Origin: Thiobacillaceae bacterium
GTDB lineage: Bacteria > Pseudomonadota > Gammaproteobacteria > Burkholderiales > Thiobacillaceae
Assembly: GCA_044227325.1 (NCBI GenBank)
Contig: JBGAFI010000003.1
Coordinates: 45,252-109,251 of the forward strand
Length of the DNA: 64,000 bases
Direction: 5' to 3'
Shown here: piece by piece, positions 1 to 13,565 of the stretch
Layout of the letters: each line of letters begins with the position of its first letter
Numbering within the stretch: position 1 is the stretch's first letter
The notes under the pieces: model-generated
Database searches by the model: none
What the model was told of the DNA's origin: nothing
The model's input: only the letters and a program-made list of their open reading frames with translations
Translations under genes and position numbers: made by a program

Positions 1-81
1 CGGGGCTCGAAAGGCGCCCAGGCCTATCTCCAGATGGCGCGCGAACTCATCGAAAAGCAGGAAGGATTCCGGCATGGCTAA
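1..81 (+). CDS. parA: 3' end of ParA/Soj chromosome-partitioning ATPase (partial, runs off left edge)
   Basis: Frame 1 reads ...GSKGAQAYLQMARELIEKQEGFRHG and stops at TAA 79-81. It overlaps the parB ATG (ATGGCTAA) and sits directly upstream of parB. Confidence 0.55.
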   Translation, partial: RGSKGAQAYLQMARELIEKQEGFRHG

Positions 82-913
82 ACTCAAGGGACTCGGGCGC
101 GGACTCGATGCGTTGTTGGGCGAGGGAGACACCTCCGATGGCGAGCGTTTGCTCACCCTGCCGGTGGAAAGCCTGGTGCCTGGCAAGTACCAGCCCCGGA
201 CGCGCATGGACGCGGGGGCGTTGGCCGAGCTGGCCGACTCGATCCGTTCCCAGGGCTTGATGCAGCCCATCCTGGCCCGTTCCATACCCGGCGGCCGTTT
301 CGAAATCATCGCCGGTGAGCGCCGCTGGCGCGCCAGCCAGTTGGCCGGACTCAAGGAAGTGCCGGTGCTGGTGCGGGTGGTGGAGGACGAGGCGGCACTG
401 AAGATGGCGCTGATCGAGAACATCCAGCGGGAGAACCTGAATCCCCTGGAAGAGGCCCAGGGCATCCATCGCCTGATCCAGGAATTCAGCATGACCCACC
501 AGACCGCGGCGGAATCGGTGGGGCGCTCCCGGGTCGCCGTCTCCAATCTGCTTCGCCTGCTCAACCTGGCGAAGCCGGTGCAGGCGCTGTTGATGGAGGG
601 TGAGCTGGACATGGGCCATGCCCGCGCCCTGCTGCCCCTGACCCACGCGAAACAGGTGGACGCGGCCCACGAACTGGTCCGGCGCGGCTATTCCGTGCGC
701 GAGGCGGAGCGCCTGGTGAGCCGGCTCACGAAGCCCCAGGACAAGATGATGGGGGAAAAGCGGGATCGGGATGTGGTCCGCCTGGAGGAGGAATTGTCGG
801 ATCGACTGGGCAGCACCGTGAGGATTGCCGCGAACCGCAAGGGGTCCGGGCGCATCAGCATCGAGTTTTCCAGTCTGGATCAACTGGATGGATTGTTGCG
901 CCGCATCAAATAG
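74..913 (+). CDS. parB: ParB chromosome-partitioning protein
   Basis: 279 aa. N-terminus MAKLKGLGRGLDALL, plus the GERRWRA and HTH region typical of ParB/Spo0J. Synteny parA-parB-atp. Confidence 0.95.
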   Translation: MAKLKGLGRGLDALLGEGDTSDGERLLTLPVESLVPGKYQPRTRMDAGALAELADSIRSQGLMQPILARSIPGGRFEIIAGERRWRASQLAGLKEVPVLVRVVEDEAALKMALIENIQRENLNPLEEAQGIHRLIQEFSMTHQTAAESVGRSRVAVSNLLRLLNLAKPVQALLMEGELDMGHARALLPLTHAKQVDAAHELVRRGYSVREAERLVSRLTKPQDKMMGEKRDRDVVRLEEELSDRLGSTVRIAANRKGSGRISIEFSSLDQLDGLLRRIK

Positions 914-949
914 TGCAAACTGCGGGAAATTCCCGAGGCCTGATCAATT

Positions 950-968
950 TCATCAATCTGATTGATGA
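950..968. promoter_or_regulatory. Perfect 9-1-9 inverted repeat TCATCAATC-T-GATTGATGA in the parB/atpI spacer (candidate operator)
   Basis: Read directly from the sequence. It lies in the AT-richer 94-bp spacer about 40 bp upstream of the atpI start. It does not match the parS consensus. Confidence 0.3.
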
Positions 969-1007
969 TTGCATTAGCCGCGCTAATTCTTATATCATTG
1001 TCCGCTA

Positions 1008-2548
<1,541 letters not shown>

Positions 2549-2582
2549 TCAATCACCGCGATAACCCGCAAGAGGAGCGGTC

Positions 2583-3053
2583 ATGAACATCAATATGACC
2601 CTGATCGGGCAGTCCATCACCTTCGCCATCTTCGTATGGTTCTGCATGAAGTATGTGTGGCCGCCCATCATTGGAGCCCTGGAGGCTCGCAAGAAGCAGA
2701 TCGCCGACGGCCTGGCCGCCGCCGATCGCGGCAAGCATGAGCTGGAACTGGCCGCCAAGCGCGCCAGCGAAACCATGCATGAAGCGAAGCTGAAGGCCGT
2801 GGAGATCATCGCCCAGGCCGAGAAACGCGCCATGCAGGTGGTCGAGGAAGCCAAGAACGACGCCAAGGCCGAGGGTGAACGCATGATCGCCGCCGCCAAG
2901 GCCGAGATCGAGCAGGAAAGCCATCGCGCCCGCGAATCCCTGCGCGGCGAAGTGGCCGCGCTGGTGGTGGCGGGTGCCGGCAAGGTGTTGCGCCGCGAGG
3001 TGAACGCCCAGGCCCATGCCGACCTGCTGGAAGCCATCAAGAACGAGCTGTGA
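2583..3053 (+). CDS. atpF: F0F1 ATP synthase subunit b
   Basis: 156 aa with one N-terminal TM helix followed by a long charged coiled coil. Operon position fits. Confidence 0.9.
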   Translation: MNINMTLIGQSITFAIFVWFCMKYVWPPIIGALEARKKQIADGLAAADRGKHELELAAKRASETMHEAKLKAVEIIAQAEKRAMQVVEEAKNDAKAEGERMIAAAKAEIEQESHRARESLRGEVAALVVAGAGKVLRREVNAQAHADLLEAIKNEL

Positions 3054-3589
3054 CCATGGAACGCTCGACTCTCGCCCGTCCCTATGCCGATGCGGTTGCC
3101 AAGCTGGCCGGCGCGGGCAACGCCTGGGCCGTCTGGTCGGAGCGGCTGGCGCTGCTCGCCCTGGTGGCCGCCGATGAGCAGATCCAGTCCCTGGCATGCA
3201 ACCCCTCCGTTCCCGCCGAACGCCTGAGCGAAGTGATTCTCGCGGTCTGCGACGGCAAACTGGGGGCAGAGGGCGCCAATCTGGTCGGCCTGCTGGCGGA
3301 AAACAAACGCTTGAATCTGCTGCCGGAAATCGTGCAGTTGTTCGAGGCCATGAAGGCCGCCCAGGAGGGTGTGCTGGAAGCCCATGTGACCACCGCGTTC
3401 GAATTGTCCGACACGCAGTTGGCGGGTCTGGTCGCGAAACTGGAAGCCAAGTTGGGCCGCAAGATCAGCGCCACCCAATCCCTGGATGCCGACCTGATCG
3501 GCGGCGTGGTGATCCAGGTCGGCGACGAAGTCATGGACGCGTCGGTGCGCGGCGGGTTGGCAAACCTCGCCGTCACCCTGAAAGCTTGA
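3050..3589 (+). CDS. atpH: F0F1 ATP synthase subunit delta
   Basis: 179 aa. Overlaps the atpF stop (GTGACCATG context). Operon position between atpF and atpA. Confidence 0.9.
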   Translation: MTMERSTLARPYADAVAKLAGAGNAWAVWSERLALLALVAADEQIQSLACNPSVPAERLSEVILAVCDGKLGAEGANLVGLLAENKRLNLLPEIVQLFEAMKAAQEGVLEAHVTTAFELSDTQLAGLVAKLEAKLGRKISATQSLDADLIGGVVIQVGDEVMDASVRGGLANLAVTLKA

Positions 3590-3608
3590 TTAGAAAATCG
3601 GAGTAGCT

Positions 3609-5150
3609 ATGCAACTCAACCCGTCTGAAATCAGCGAGCTGATCAAGAGCCGCATCCAGAACCTGGAATCCGGCTCCGAGCTGCGCACCCAGGGCACCGT
3701 GGTGTCCGTCACCGACGGCATCGTGCGCGTCCACGGCCTCGCGGAAGTCATGCAAGGCGAAATGCTGGAGTTCCCCGGCAACGTCTTCGGCATGGCCCTG
3801 AACCTGGAGCGCGACTCCGTCGGCGCCGTGGTGCTGGGCGAATACGAACACATCACCGAGGGCGACACGGTCAAGTGCACCGGCCGCATTCTCGAGGTGC
3901 CGGTGGGCGAAGCCCTGCTCGGCCGCGTGGTCAACGCCCTGGGGCAACCCATCGACGCGAAGGGACCGATCAACGCCAGCGAATCCTCTCCCATCGAGAA
4001 GATCGCCCCCGGCGTCATCGCCCGCCAGTCCGTGTCCCAACCGATGCAGACCGGCCTCAAGTCCATCGACGCCATGGTGCCGGTCGGACGCGGCCAGCGC
4101 GAACTGATCATCGGCGACCGCCAGACCGGCAAGACCGCCGTCGCCGTCGACGCCATCATCAACCAGAAGGGCACCGGCGTGCTCTGCATCTACGTCGCGG
4201 TGGGCCAGAAAGCCTCCTCCATCGCCAACGTGGTGCGCAAGCTGGAAGAACACGGCGCCATGGCCCACACCATCGTCGTCGCCGCCACCGCTTCCGACCC
4301 CGCCGCCATGCAGTTCATCGCGCCCTACGCCGGCTGCTCGATGGGCGAGTATTTCCGCGACACCGGCCGCGACGCTCTGATCGTCTATGACGACCTGACC
4401 AAGCAGGCCTGGGCCTACCGCCAGATCTCCCTGCTGCTGCGCCGCCCGCCGGGCCGCGAAGCCTACCCCGGCGACGTGTTCTACCTGCACTCCCGCCTGC
4501 TCGAGCGCTCCGCCCGCGTCAACGCCGAGTTCGTCGAGCGGAAGACCAACGGCGCGGTCAAGGGCCAGACCGGTTCCCTGACCGCCCTGCCGGTCATCGA
4601 GACGCAGGCCGGCGACGTGTCCGCCTTCGTGCCGACCAACGTGATCTCCATCACCGACGGCCAGATCTTCCTGGAGTCCGACCTGTTCAACGCCGGCATC
4701 CGTCCCGCCATCAACGCCGGCCTGTCCGTGTCCCGCGTCGGCGGCGCCGCCCAGACCAAGGTGATCAAGAAGCTGGGTGGCGGCATCCGTCTCGCCCTGG
4801 CCCAGTACCGCGAACTGGCCGCCTTCGCCCAATTCGCCTCCGACCTGGACGAAGCCACCCGCAAGCAGTTGGAACGCGGCAAGATGGTCACCGAGCTGAT
4901 GAAGCAGTTCCAGTATTCGCCCATGACCGTGGCCGAGATGGCCGTCACCCTGTTCGCCGTGAACCGGGGTTACATGGACGACGTGGAAGTGAAGCGCGCC
5001 CTGGCCTTCGAGGCTTCCCTCCAGTCCTTCCTGAAGGGCAAGTACGCCGCGATGATGGAAAAGATCCAGAGCACCGGCGACCTGGACGGCGAGACCGAGA
5101 AGCAGCTTTCCGCCGCCATCGACGACTTCAAGGCCAGCGCGGCTTATTGA
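3609..5150 (+). CDS. atpA: F0F1 ATP synthase subunit alpha
   Basis: 513 aa. Walker A GDRQTGKT and a highly conserved alpha-subunit sequence. Confidence 0.98.
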   Translation: MQLNPSEISELIKSRIQNLESGSELRTQGTVVSVTDGIVRVHGLAEVMQGEMLEFPGNVFGMALNLERDSVGAVVLGEYEHITEGDTVKCTGRILEVPVGEALLGRVVNALGQPIDAKGPINASESSPIEKIAPGVIARQSVSQPMQTGLKSIDAMVPVGRGQRELIIGDRQTGKTAVAVDAIINQKGTGVLCIYVAVGQKASSIANVVRKLEEHGAMAHTIVVAATASDPAAMQFIAPYAGCSMGEYFRDTGRDALIVYDDLTKQAWAYRQISLLLRRPPGREAYPGDVFYLHSRLLERSARVNAEFVERKTNGAVKGQTGSLTALPVIETQAGDVSAFVPTNVISITDGQIFLESDLFNAGIRPAINAGLSVSRVGGAAQTKVIKKLGGGIRLALAQYRELAAFAQFASDLDEATRKQLERGKMVTELMKQFQYSPMTVAEMAVTLFAVNRGYMDDVEVKRALAFEASLQSFLKGKYAAMMEKIQSTGDLDGETEKQLSAAIDDFKASAAY

Positions 5151-5167
5151 TCGGATAGGAACAGAGC

Positions 5168-6034
5168 ATGGCCGCAGGCAAGGAAATACGCACCAAGATC
5201 AAGAGCGTGGAAAACACGCGCAAGATCACCCGCGCCATGGAAATGGTGGCGGCCGCGAAGATGCGCAAGGCGCAGGAACGCATGCGGCACGCGCGTCCCT
5301 ATGCCGAGAAGATCGGCCGCGTCGCCTCCCATTTCAGCCAGGCCCATCCCGAGTACCGCCACCCCTTCGTGGTTTCACGTGAAACCACCAAGCGCGTCGG
5401 CCTCATCCTGGTCACCACCGACAAGGGCCTGTGCGGCGGTCTCAATACCAACGCCCTGCGTCTGGCCGTCTCCAAGCTCAAGGGCTGGGACGAGCAGAAG
5501 CTCGAGGTCGACATCTGCGCCATCGGCAACAAGGGCCTGGGATTCATGCAGCGCCTGGGCGGCAACATCGCCTCCCAGGTTTCCGGCATGGGCGACACGC
5601 CCCACATGGAGCGGCTCATCGGCCCGGTGCAGGTGATGCTGGATGCCTTCAAGGAAGGCCGCATCGACGCGCTTTACCTGATCTACAGCCGCTTCATCTC
5701 CACCATGAAGCAGGAGCCCGCCCTCAAGCAGCTTCTGCCGTTGTCCGGCGAGGAAGCCGTGGAGAAGGCCGAGCATCACTGGGACTACATCTACGAGCCG
5801 GAAGCGCGCTCCGTGGTGGACGGCCTCATGGTGCGCTACATCGAGGCGCTGATCTATCAGGCCGTGGCCGAGAACATGGCGTGCGAGCAGTCCGCGCGGA
5901 TGGTGGCCATGAAGTCCGCCTCCGACAACGCCAAGAGCGTGATCGAGGAGCTCAAGCTGGTCTACAACAAGACCCGCCAGGCCGCGATCACCCAAGAGAT
6001 TTCCGAGATCGTGGCAGGCGCCGCGGCCGTTTAA
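5168..6034 (+). CDS. atpG: F0F1 ATP synthase subunit gamma
   Basis: 288 aa. N-terminus [36 protein letters not shown] is canonical for the gamma subunit. Confidence 0.95.
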   Translation: MAAGKEIRTKIKSVENTRKITRAMEMVAAAKMRKAQERMRHARPYAEKIGRVASHFSQAHPEYRHPFVVSRETTKRVGLILVTTDKGLCGGLNTNALRLAVSKLKGWDEQKLEVDICAIGNKGLGFMQRLGGNIASQVSGMGDTPHMERLIGPVQVMLDAFKEGRIDALYLIYSRFISTMKQEPALKQLLPLSGEEAVEKAEHHWDYIYEPEARSVVDGLMVRYIEALIYQAVAENMACEQSARMVAMKSASDNAKSVIEELKLVYNKTRQAAITQEISEIVAGAAAV

Positions 6035-6054
6035 ATAGATTCGATATCAGTTAG

Positions 6055-7443
<1,389 letters not shown>

Positions 7444-7467
7444 GCGGGCGGATAAAGGACAGCCATC

Positions 7468-7893
7468 ATGGCCATGACCATTCATGTCGACATCGTCAGC
7501 GCGGAAGCCGCCATCTACTCGGGTCTCGCCGAGTTCGTGGTGGTCCCCGCCGAGATGGGCGAGGTGGGTATCTATCCCCGCCACACGCCGATGCTCACGC
7601 GCATCAAGCCGGGTTCCGTGCGCATCAAGTCGCCGGACAAGGAAGAGGAAGACCTGATCTACGTTTCCGGCGGCATCCTGGAAGTCCAGCCCGGCGTGGT
7701 CACCATCCTGTCCGACACCGCTTTGCGCGGCACGGACCTGGACGAGGCCCGTGTCCTGGAAGCCAAGCGCCAGGCCGAGGAAGCCATGAAGAACCGCACC
7801 TCCTCCATGGACTACGCCCGCGCCCAGGCCGAGTTGGCGGAAGCCGTGGCCCAGTTGGCCGCCATCCAGAAGTTGCGCAAGATCAAGCACTGA
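7468..7893 (+). CDS. atpC: F0F1 ATP synthase subunit epsilon
   Basis: 141 aa. Last gene of the atp operon, with typical epsilon sequence. Confidence 0.95.
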   Translation: MAMTIHVDIVSAEAAIYSGLAEFVVVPAEMGEVGIYPRHTPMLTRIKPGSVRIKSPDKEEEDLIYVSGGILEVQPGVVTILSDTALRGTDLDEARVLEAKRQAEEAMKNRTSSMDYARAQAELAEAVAQLAAIQKLRKIKH

Positions 7894-7914
7894 GGCTCTC
7901 CCCATGGCACGCGA

Positions 7915-7945
7915 AACGGCAGCCCGGAAAGGCTGCCGTTTTTGT
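7915..7945 (+). terminator. Intrinsic terminator of the atp operon
   Basis: Stem ACGGCAGCC / GGCTGCCGT with loop CGGAAA, followed by TTTTTGTTT. It starts 22 nt after the atpC stop. Confidence 0.7.
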
Positions 7946-8028
7946 TTCTCGGGCCGGACAGCGCGGGGCCGGCTGTTTATACTTACGCGCGATTCCTCCA
8001 GAGCGACCCGTCGCCGCCAAGCCGAAAC

Positions 8029-9411
8029 ATGACCGCACCCCTGAACGTTGTCATCCTCGCCGCCGGCAAGGGCACGCGGATGAAGTCGGACCTGCCCAAG
8101 GTTCTGCATCCCCTCGCCGGCAAGCCCCTGCTCGGGCATGTCCTGGCCGCCGCCGGCACCCTCTCCCCGCAGAAGATCTGCGTGGTCTACGGCCACGGCG
8201 GCGAAGCCCTGCCCCAAGCCATCGGCCCGCTTTTTCCCGGGCTCGACATCGCCTGGGCGAAACAGGAGCCGCAACTGGGCACCGGGCACGCGGTCCAGCA
8301 GGCCGTGCCCCATCTCAATCCCGACGCGCTGTGCCTGATTCTCTACGGCGACGTGCCCCTGACCCGGCCCGAGACCCTGCGCGAAATGACCCTGATCGCC
8401 CGGGAGGGCGTCATCGCCCTGCTCACCGTCCGGCTCGCCAATCCTTCCGGCTACGGCCGCATCGTGCGCGACGCCCGCGGCCAGGTGCGACGCATCGTCG
8501 AGCACAAGGACGCGAGCGCGGAGGAGCTGGCCATCGACGAGGTGAACACCGGCATCCTCTGCCTGCCCGCCGGCAAGCTGGCCGGCTGGCTGTCCCGCCT
8601 GAACAACGACAATGCCCAGGGCGAGTACTACCTGACCGACGTGATCGGCATGGCCGCCGCCGAGGGTGAACAGGTCATCCCCTGCCATCCCGCGTCCGAA
8701 TGGGAGGTGCTGGGCATCAACAGCCGCCAGCAGCTCGCCGAACTGGAGCGCACCCACCAGCGCAACATCGCCGAGGCGCTCATGGTCCAGGGCGTGACCC
8801 TGATCGACCCGGCCCGCATCGACGTGCGCGGCAGCCTGGAATGCGGCAAGGACGTGCTGATCGACGTCAATTGCGTGTTCGAGGGACGAGTAGTGCTGGG
8901 CGATGGCGTGAAAGTGGGCGCTAACTGTGTGCTCAAGGATGCAAGCATCGCCGAGGGGTGCGAGATCCGCCCGTTCTGCCATTTCGAGGGCGCCACCGTC
9001 GCCGCCCGCGCCCAGATCGGCCCCTATGCCCGCCTGCGTCCCGGCACCGAGCTGGCGGAGGAAACCCACGTCGGCAACTTCGTGGAATTGAAGAACGCCC
9101 AGGTGGGCTTCAATTCCAAGATCAACCACCTGTCCTACGTGGGCGACGCCACCGTGGGACGCAAGGTGAACATCGGCGCCGGCACCATCACCTGCAACTA
9201 CGACGGCGCCAACAAATTCCGCACCGTGATCGAGGACAACGCCTTCATTGGTTCCGACACCCAGTTGGTGGCGCCGGTCACGGTGGGAGAAGGCGCGACC
9301 CTGGGCGCGGGCACCACGCTTACCAAGGACGCGCCAGCCGGCCAACTCACCTTGTCCCGCGCCAAGCAACTCACGATTCCCGGCTGGCAGCGGCCGACGA
9401 AGAAGAAGTAA
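8029..9411 (+). CDS. glmU: Bifunctional GlcNAc-1-P uridyltransferase / GlcN-1-P acetyltransferase
   Basis: The start is trimmed to [18 protein letters not shown], the nucleotidyltransferase signature. The C-terminus has left-handed beta-helix hexapeptide repeats. The track ORF begins earlier, at 7942. Confidence 0.95.
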   Translation: MTAPLNVVILAAGKGTRMKSDLPKVLHPLAGKPLLGHVLAAAGTLSPQKICVVYGHGGEALPQAIGPLFPGLDIAWAKQEPQLGTGHAVQQAVPHLNPDALCLILYGDVPLTRPETLREMTLIAREGVIALLTVRLANPSGYGRIVRDARGQVRRIVEHKDASAEELAIDEVNTGILCLPAGKLAGWLSRLNNDNAQGEYYLTDVIGMAAAEGEQVIPCHPASEWEVLGINSRQQLAELERTHQRNIAEALMVQGVTLIDPARIDVRGSLECGKDVLIDVNCVFEGRVVLGDGVKVGANCVLKDASIAEGCEIRPFCHFEGATVAARAQIGPYARLRPGTELAEETHVGNFVELKNAQVGFNSKINHLSYVGDATVGRKVNIGAGTITCNYDGANKFRTVIEDNAFIGSDTQLVAPVTVGEGATLGAGTTLTKDAPAGQLTLSRAKQLTIPGWQRPTKKK

Positions 9412-9424
9412 CAAGGAGAAACCT

Positions 9425-11251
9425 ATGTGTGGCATCGTCGGCGCCGTCGCCCAACGCAATGTCGTTCCCATTCTGCTCGAGGGGCTGCAACGCCTGGAAT
9501 ATCGCGGCTACGACTCCGCCGGTCTCGCCATCCGCCAAGCCGACGGCCACCTCGGCCGCATCCGCGCGGTGGGCAAGGTCGCCATGCTGCGGCAACTGGT
9601 GGAAAGCAACCCCATCGAAGGCAGCCTGGGCATCGCCCACACCCGCTGGGCGACCCACGGCATGCCCGCCGAGCGCAACGCCCACCCCCACATGAGCGGC
9701 GAGAAGGTCGCGGTGGTGCATAACGGCATCATCGAAAACCACGCCGAGTTGCGCGAGGAACTGAAGGCCAAGGGCTTTTTCTTCACCTCCGAGACCGACA
9801 CCGAGGTGATCGCCCACCTTCTCGCCCACTTGCTGGAAAGCGAGCCGGACCTGCTCAAGGCGGTGCAGAAGGCGGTGACCCATCTGGTCGGCGCCTACGG
9901 CCTCGCCGTGTCCACCCCCGGCGAGCCGGACCGGCTGGTGGTCGCCCGCGCCGGCAGTCCCCTGGTGGTCGGCCTGGGCGTGGGCGAGAACTTCATCGCC
10001 TCCGACGTGTTCGCCCTGCTGCCGGTGACCCAGCGCTTCGTGTTCCTGGAGGAGGGCGACATCGCGGAAATCCGCCGCGACGGCATCTCCGTGTTCGATG
10101 TGGCCGGCAAGCCGGTGCAGCGTCCCGAGCGCGTCTCCCAGATTTCCGCCTCCACCGCCGACAAGGGCCCCTACAAGCACTACATGCTGAAGGAAATCTT
10201 CGAGCAGCCCTCGGTCATCGCCGAGACCCTGGAGGGCCGCATCCACAAGGGCAAGCTGCTGGAGGAAAGCTTCGGCTTTGAAGCCAAGGCCCTGTTCGAC
10301 AAGACCCGGGGCGTCCACATCATCGCCTGCGGCACCAGTTATCACGCCGGCCTGGTGGCGCGCTACTGGCTGGAGGAGATCGGCATTCCGTGCAGCGTCG
10401 AAGTGGCCAGCGAATACCGCTACCGCAAGGTGGTGGTGCCGCCCGACACCCTGTTCCTATCCATCTCCCAGTCCGGCGAGACCGCCGATACCCTGGCCGC
10501 GCTGCGTTTCGCCAAGCAGGCCGGCTACGTGGGCTCCCTCACCATCTGCAACGTGCCGGAATCGTCCCTGACGCGGGAGTCGGACGTGGCCCTGATGACC
10601 CGGGCCGGGCCGGAGATCGGCGTCGCTTCCACCAAGGCCTTCACCACCCAACTCACCGCCCTGCGTCTGGTCACCCTGGCCCTGGCGAAACGGCGCGGCC
10701 TCTCCGTCGAGGACGAGAAGCGGCTGGTGGATGAGCTGCACGCCCTGCCGCGCCAGGTGGAAGTGGTCCTGGAACTGTCCGACGCCATCAAGGAAATGGC
10801 GGATGCCTTTTCCGACAAGGTGCACGCCTTGTTCCTGGGACGCGGGCCGTTCTATCCCATCGCCCTGGAAGGCGCGCTCAAGCTGAAGGAAATCTCCTAT
10901 ATCCACGCCGAGGCCTATCCCGCCGGCGAACTCAAGCACGGCCCCCTGGCCCTGGTTGACGCGAGCATGCCGGTGGTCTGCGCCCTGCCCGACGACCCGC
11001 TGCTGGACAAAGTGCTGTCCAATCTGCAGGAGGTGCGCGCCCGCGGCGGCGAGCTGTTCCTGTTCAGCGACCACAAGGTGAAGATCGAGCTGGACCGCTA
11101 CCAGAACCTGACCCTGGCCGACATCTATCCCAGCACGGCGCCCATCGTCTACAGTGTGCCGCTGCAATTGCTGGCCTACCACGTCGCGGTGCTCAAGGGC
11201 ACCGACGTGGACCAGCCCAGGAATCTGGCCAAATCCGTGACGGTGGAATAA
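9425..11251 (+). CDS. glmS: Glutamine--fructose-6-phosphate aminotransferase
   Basis: The start is trimmed to MCGIVGAV (N-terminal nucleophile Cys) behind a GGAGA RBS. The C-terminus ...AKSVTVE is canonical. Confidence 0.97.
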   Translation: MCGIVGAVAQRNVVPILLEGLQRLEYRGYDSAGLAIRQADGHLGRIRAVGKVAMLRQLVESNPIEGSLGIAHTRWATHGMPAERNAHPHMSGEKVAVVHNGIIENHAELREELKAKGFFFTSETDTEVIAHLLAHLLESEPDLLKAVQKAVTHLVGAYGLAVSTPGEPDRLVVARAGSPLVVGLGVGENFIASDVFALLPVTQRFVFLEEGDIAEIRRDGISVFDVAGKPVQRPERVSQISASTADKGPYKHYMLKEIFEQPSVIAETLEGRIHKGKLLEESFGFEAKALFDKTRGVHIIACGTSYHAGLVARYWLEEIGIPCSVEVASEYRYRKVVVPPDTLFLSISQSGETADTLAALRFAKQAGYVGSLTICNVPESSLTRESDVALMTRAGPEIGVASTKAFTTQLTALRLVTLALAKRRGLSVEDEKRLVDELHALPRQVEVVLELSDAIKEMADAFSDKVHALFLGRGPFYPIALEGALKLKEISYIHAEAYPAGELKHGPLALVDASMPVVCALPDDPLLDKVLSNLQEVRARGGELFLFSDHKVKIELDRYQNLTLADIYPSTAPIVYSVPLQLLAYHVAVLKGTDVDQPRNLAKSVTVE

Positions 11252-11270
11252 CCCAAGAAAGGCGACATAG

Positions 11271-12035
11271 ATGGCAGTTATCGCGGTATTCAACCAGAAA
11301 GGCGGCGTCGGCAAGACCACGACCACCCTCAACGTCGCCGCCTCCCTGGCGCTGTTGGAACGCAAGCCCATCGTGCTCGACCTGGATCCCCAGGCCCATG
11401 TCAGCCTGGCCCTGGGCGTCAAGCATCTGCCCAGCGGCAACACGCTGGCCGCCTTCTTCCGCGACAAGACACCCATCGACCGGCTCATGCGCCGGCTCGC
11501 CAACGGCATCCGTCTGCTGCCCGGTCACCCGGATCTGTCCAAGATCGACGCCATGCTGGGGGCCACCCCGGGCGTCGCGGCCAGCCTGAAAAAGGGCCTG
11601 GAAGCCACCCTGGCCTGGGACGACGCCCCCATCCTCATCGACTGCGCGCCGGCCCTGGGCGTGCTGTCCCTGAACGCCCTGTTCGCCGCCGACCGGGTGC
11701 TGATTCCAGTCACCGCCGATTTCCTTTCCATCCAGGGCCTGAACCGCCTGGACCTGGCCCTCAACGTGCTGGAGGGCCCGCTCAAGCGGCGCATCGAGCG
11801 GCGCGTGGTGCTGACCCGCTTCGACGAGAGCAAGCCCCAATGCCGCGAGGCCCTGGCCAGCCTGAAGAGCCGCTACGGCGAGAACCTGTGCGAGACCCGC
11901 ATCCAGGACGACCCGGCCCTGTCCGAGAGCCCGGCCCACGGCATGGATATCTTCGCCTATTCGTCCGACTCTCCCGGCGCCCACGACTACCGGCTGCTCA
12001 CCATGGAGCTGCTGTCCAAGAACTTCTTCCAGTAG
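11271..12035 (+). CDS. Orphan ParA/MinD-family P-loop ATPase
   Basis: 254 aa. Deviant Walker A NQKGGVGKTTT at residues 8-18. No ParB-like or other adaptor gene is adjacent. Confidence 0.85.
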   Translation: MAVIAVFNQKGGVGKTTTTLNVAASLALLERKPIVLDLDPQAHVSLALGVKHLPSGNTLAAFFRDKTPIDRLMRRLANGIRLLPGHPDLSKIDAMLGATPGVAASLKKGLEATLAWDDAPILIDCAPALGVLSLNALFAADRVLIPVTADFLSIQGLNRLDLALNVLEGPLKRRIERRVVLTRFDESKPQCREALASLKSRYGENLCETRIQDDPALSESPAHGMDIFAYSSDSPGAHDYRLLTMELLSKNFFQ

Positions 12036-12052
12036 CCGCCCGTCCGTCGCGC

Positions 12053-13429
12053 ATGGCTCCCGCCACCCCCGGCCCCTTCCCCGCCAGCGCGGGCGGAGAG
12101 CGTCAGGCGCCGCCGGGTGAAGGGAAAGGCAATGCCGACTGGTTGACCCGCACCCGGGCCGCCCTCTGGCATCCCTGCACCCAGATGAAACATCTGGAAC
12201 AGGTGCCGCCTCTGCCCATCGCCCGCGGCGAGGGCCCCTGGCTGATCGACTACGAGGGCCGGCGCTACCTGGACTGCGTCTCCTCCTGGTGGGTCAACCT
12301 GTTCGGCCACGCCAACCCGCGCATCAACGCCGCCCTCATCGACCAACTCGGCCGCATCGAGCACGTCATCCTGGCCGGCTGCACCCACGCGCCGGTGGTG
12401 GAACTCTCGGAACGCCTGTCCCGCCTCACCGGCCTCGGCCACGCCTTCTACGGTTCCGACGGCGCCAGCGCCACCGAGATCGCCCTGAAGATGAGCTTCC
12501 ACTTCTGGCGCAACGTCGGCCAGCCGGGCAAGACCGGCTTCGTCAGCCTGCGCAACGGCTACCACGGTGAAACCCTGGGCGCGCTCTCGGTCACCGACGT
12601 CGCCCTGTTCAAGGACACCTACGACCTCCTGCTGCGCCCCTCCCATCAGGTCATGAGCCCGGACTCGCGCCTGGCCGAGGACGGGGAATCCGCCGAGGCT
12701 TACGCTCTGCGCGCCGCCGCGAACCTGGAGGACTACTTGGCCGAATGCGCCGACACCACCGCCGCCGTCATCCTGGAACCCCTGGTGCAGGGCGCCGCCG
12801 GCATGGCCATGTACCACCCCATCTACCTGTCCTGCGCGCGGGAGCTGTGCGAGCGCTACCGGGTGCATCTCATCGCCGACGAGATCGCCGTCGGCTTCGG
12901 CCGCGCCGGCACCCTGTTCGCCTGCGAGCAGGCCGACATCAAGCCGGATTTCCTGTGCCTGTCCAAGGGCATCACCGGCGGCTACCTGCCCCTGTCCTGC
13001 GTGCTCACCACCGACGCGGTCTACGCCGCCTTCTACGATGACGCCACCGCGCGCGGCTTCCTGCACTCCCACTCCTACACCGGCAACGCCCTGGCCTGCC
13101 GCGCCGCCCTCGCGGTGCTCGACATCTTCGAACAAGACGACGTCATCGCCACGAACCGGGTCAGGGCCGGGCGTTTCACCGAACTGCTCGCTCCCGTCGC
13201 CGAACATCCCCGCGTGCTCCACTTCCGCCAAACCGGCATGATCTGGGCCTTCGACGTGGCTCATGCCCCGCCCGGCTTTTCCACGGATTTCCACCAGCGC
13301 GCCCTGGCCCGGGGCCTGTTCCTGCGCCCCATCGGCGGCACCGTCTACTTCATGCCACCCTACATCGTCGAGGAAGCCGAGATGGCCCTCATGGCCGCGG
13401 TCGCCCGCGAACTGCTGGATACGCTGTAA
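12053..13429 (+). CDS. bioA: Adenosylmethionine-8-amino-7-oxononanoate aminotransferase
   Basis: Class-III aminotransferase with WHPCTQM, the HGETLGALS region and PLP-lysine context LCLSKGITGGYLP. The start is chosen at the first in-frame ATG after the upstream stop. The track ORF starts at 11840, overlapping the previous gene. Confidence 0.9.
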   Translation: MAPATPGPFPASAGGERQAPPGEGKGNADWLTRTRAALWHPCTQMKHLEQVPPLPIARGEGPWLIDYEGRRYLDCVSSWWVNLFGHANPRINAALIDQLGRIEHVILAGCTHAPVVELSERLSRLTGLGHAFYGSDGASATEIALKMSFHFWRNVGQPGKTGFVSLRNGYHGETLGALSVTDVALFKDTYDLLLRPSHQVMSPDSRLAEDGESAEAYALRAAANLEDYLAECADTTAAVILEPLVQGAAGMAMYHPIYLSCARELCERYRVHLIADEIAVGFGRAGTLFACEQADIKPDFLCLSKGITGGYLPLSCVLTTDAVYAAFYDDATARGFLHSHSYTGNALACRAALAVLDIFEQDDVIATNRVRAGRFTELLAPVAEHPRVLHFRQTGMIWAFDVAHAPPGFSTDFHQRALARGLFLRPIGGTVYFMPPYIVEEAEMALMAAVARELLDTL

Positions 13430-13565
13430 CGGCCGCGCGCTGTCCCACCTGCCGGTTGGGCCGCGCCGGCGAGGCTTCCGCGAAACGGCCCGGCGCGCAT
13501 AAACCCGACGTTGTTTGTCGGATATAGCCCCCTCCCCTACACTGGCGGCAACCCCGGAGTCCGCC

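Noticed and set aside
74-913. A search for parS (TGTTNCACGTGAAACA-like) sites in and around parB.
   Set aside because: I did not spot a convincing 16-mer by eye, and a pattern search is required. Absence is not claimed.
11840-12052. Upstream extension of the bioA ORF into the ParA-like gene.
   Set aside because: It overlaps the 3' end of a well-supported CDS in another frame and is Arg/Pro-rich. The first ATG after the ParA-like stop (12053) gives a normal BioA N-terminus.
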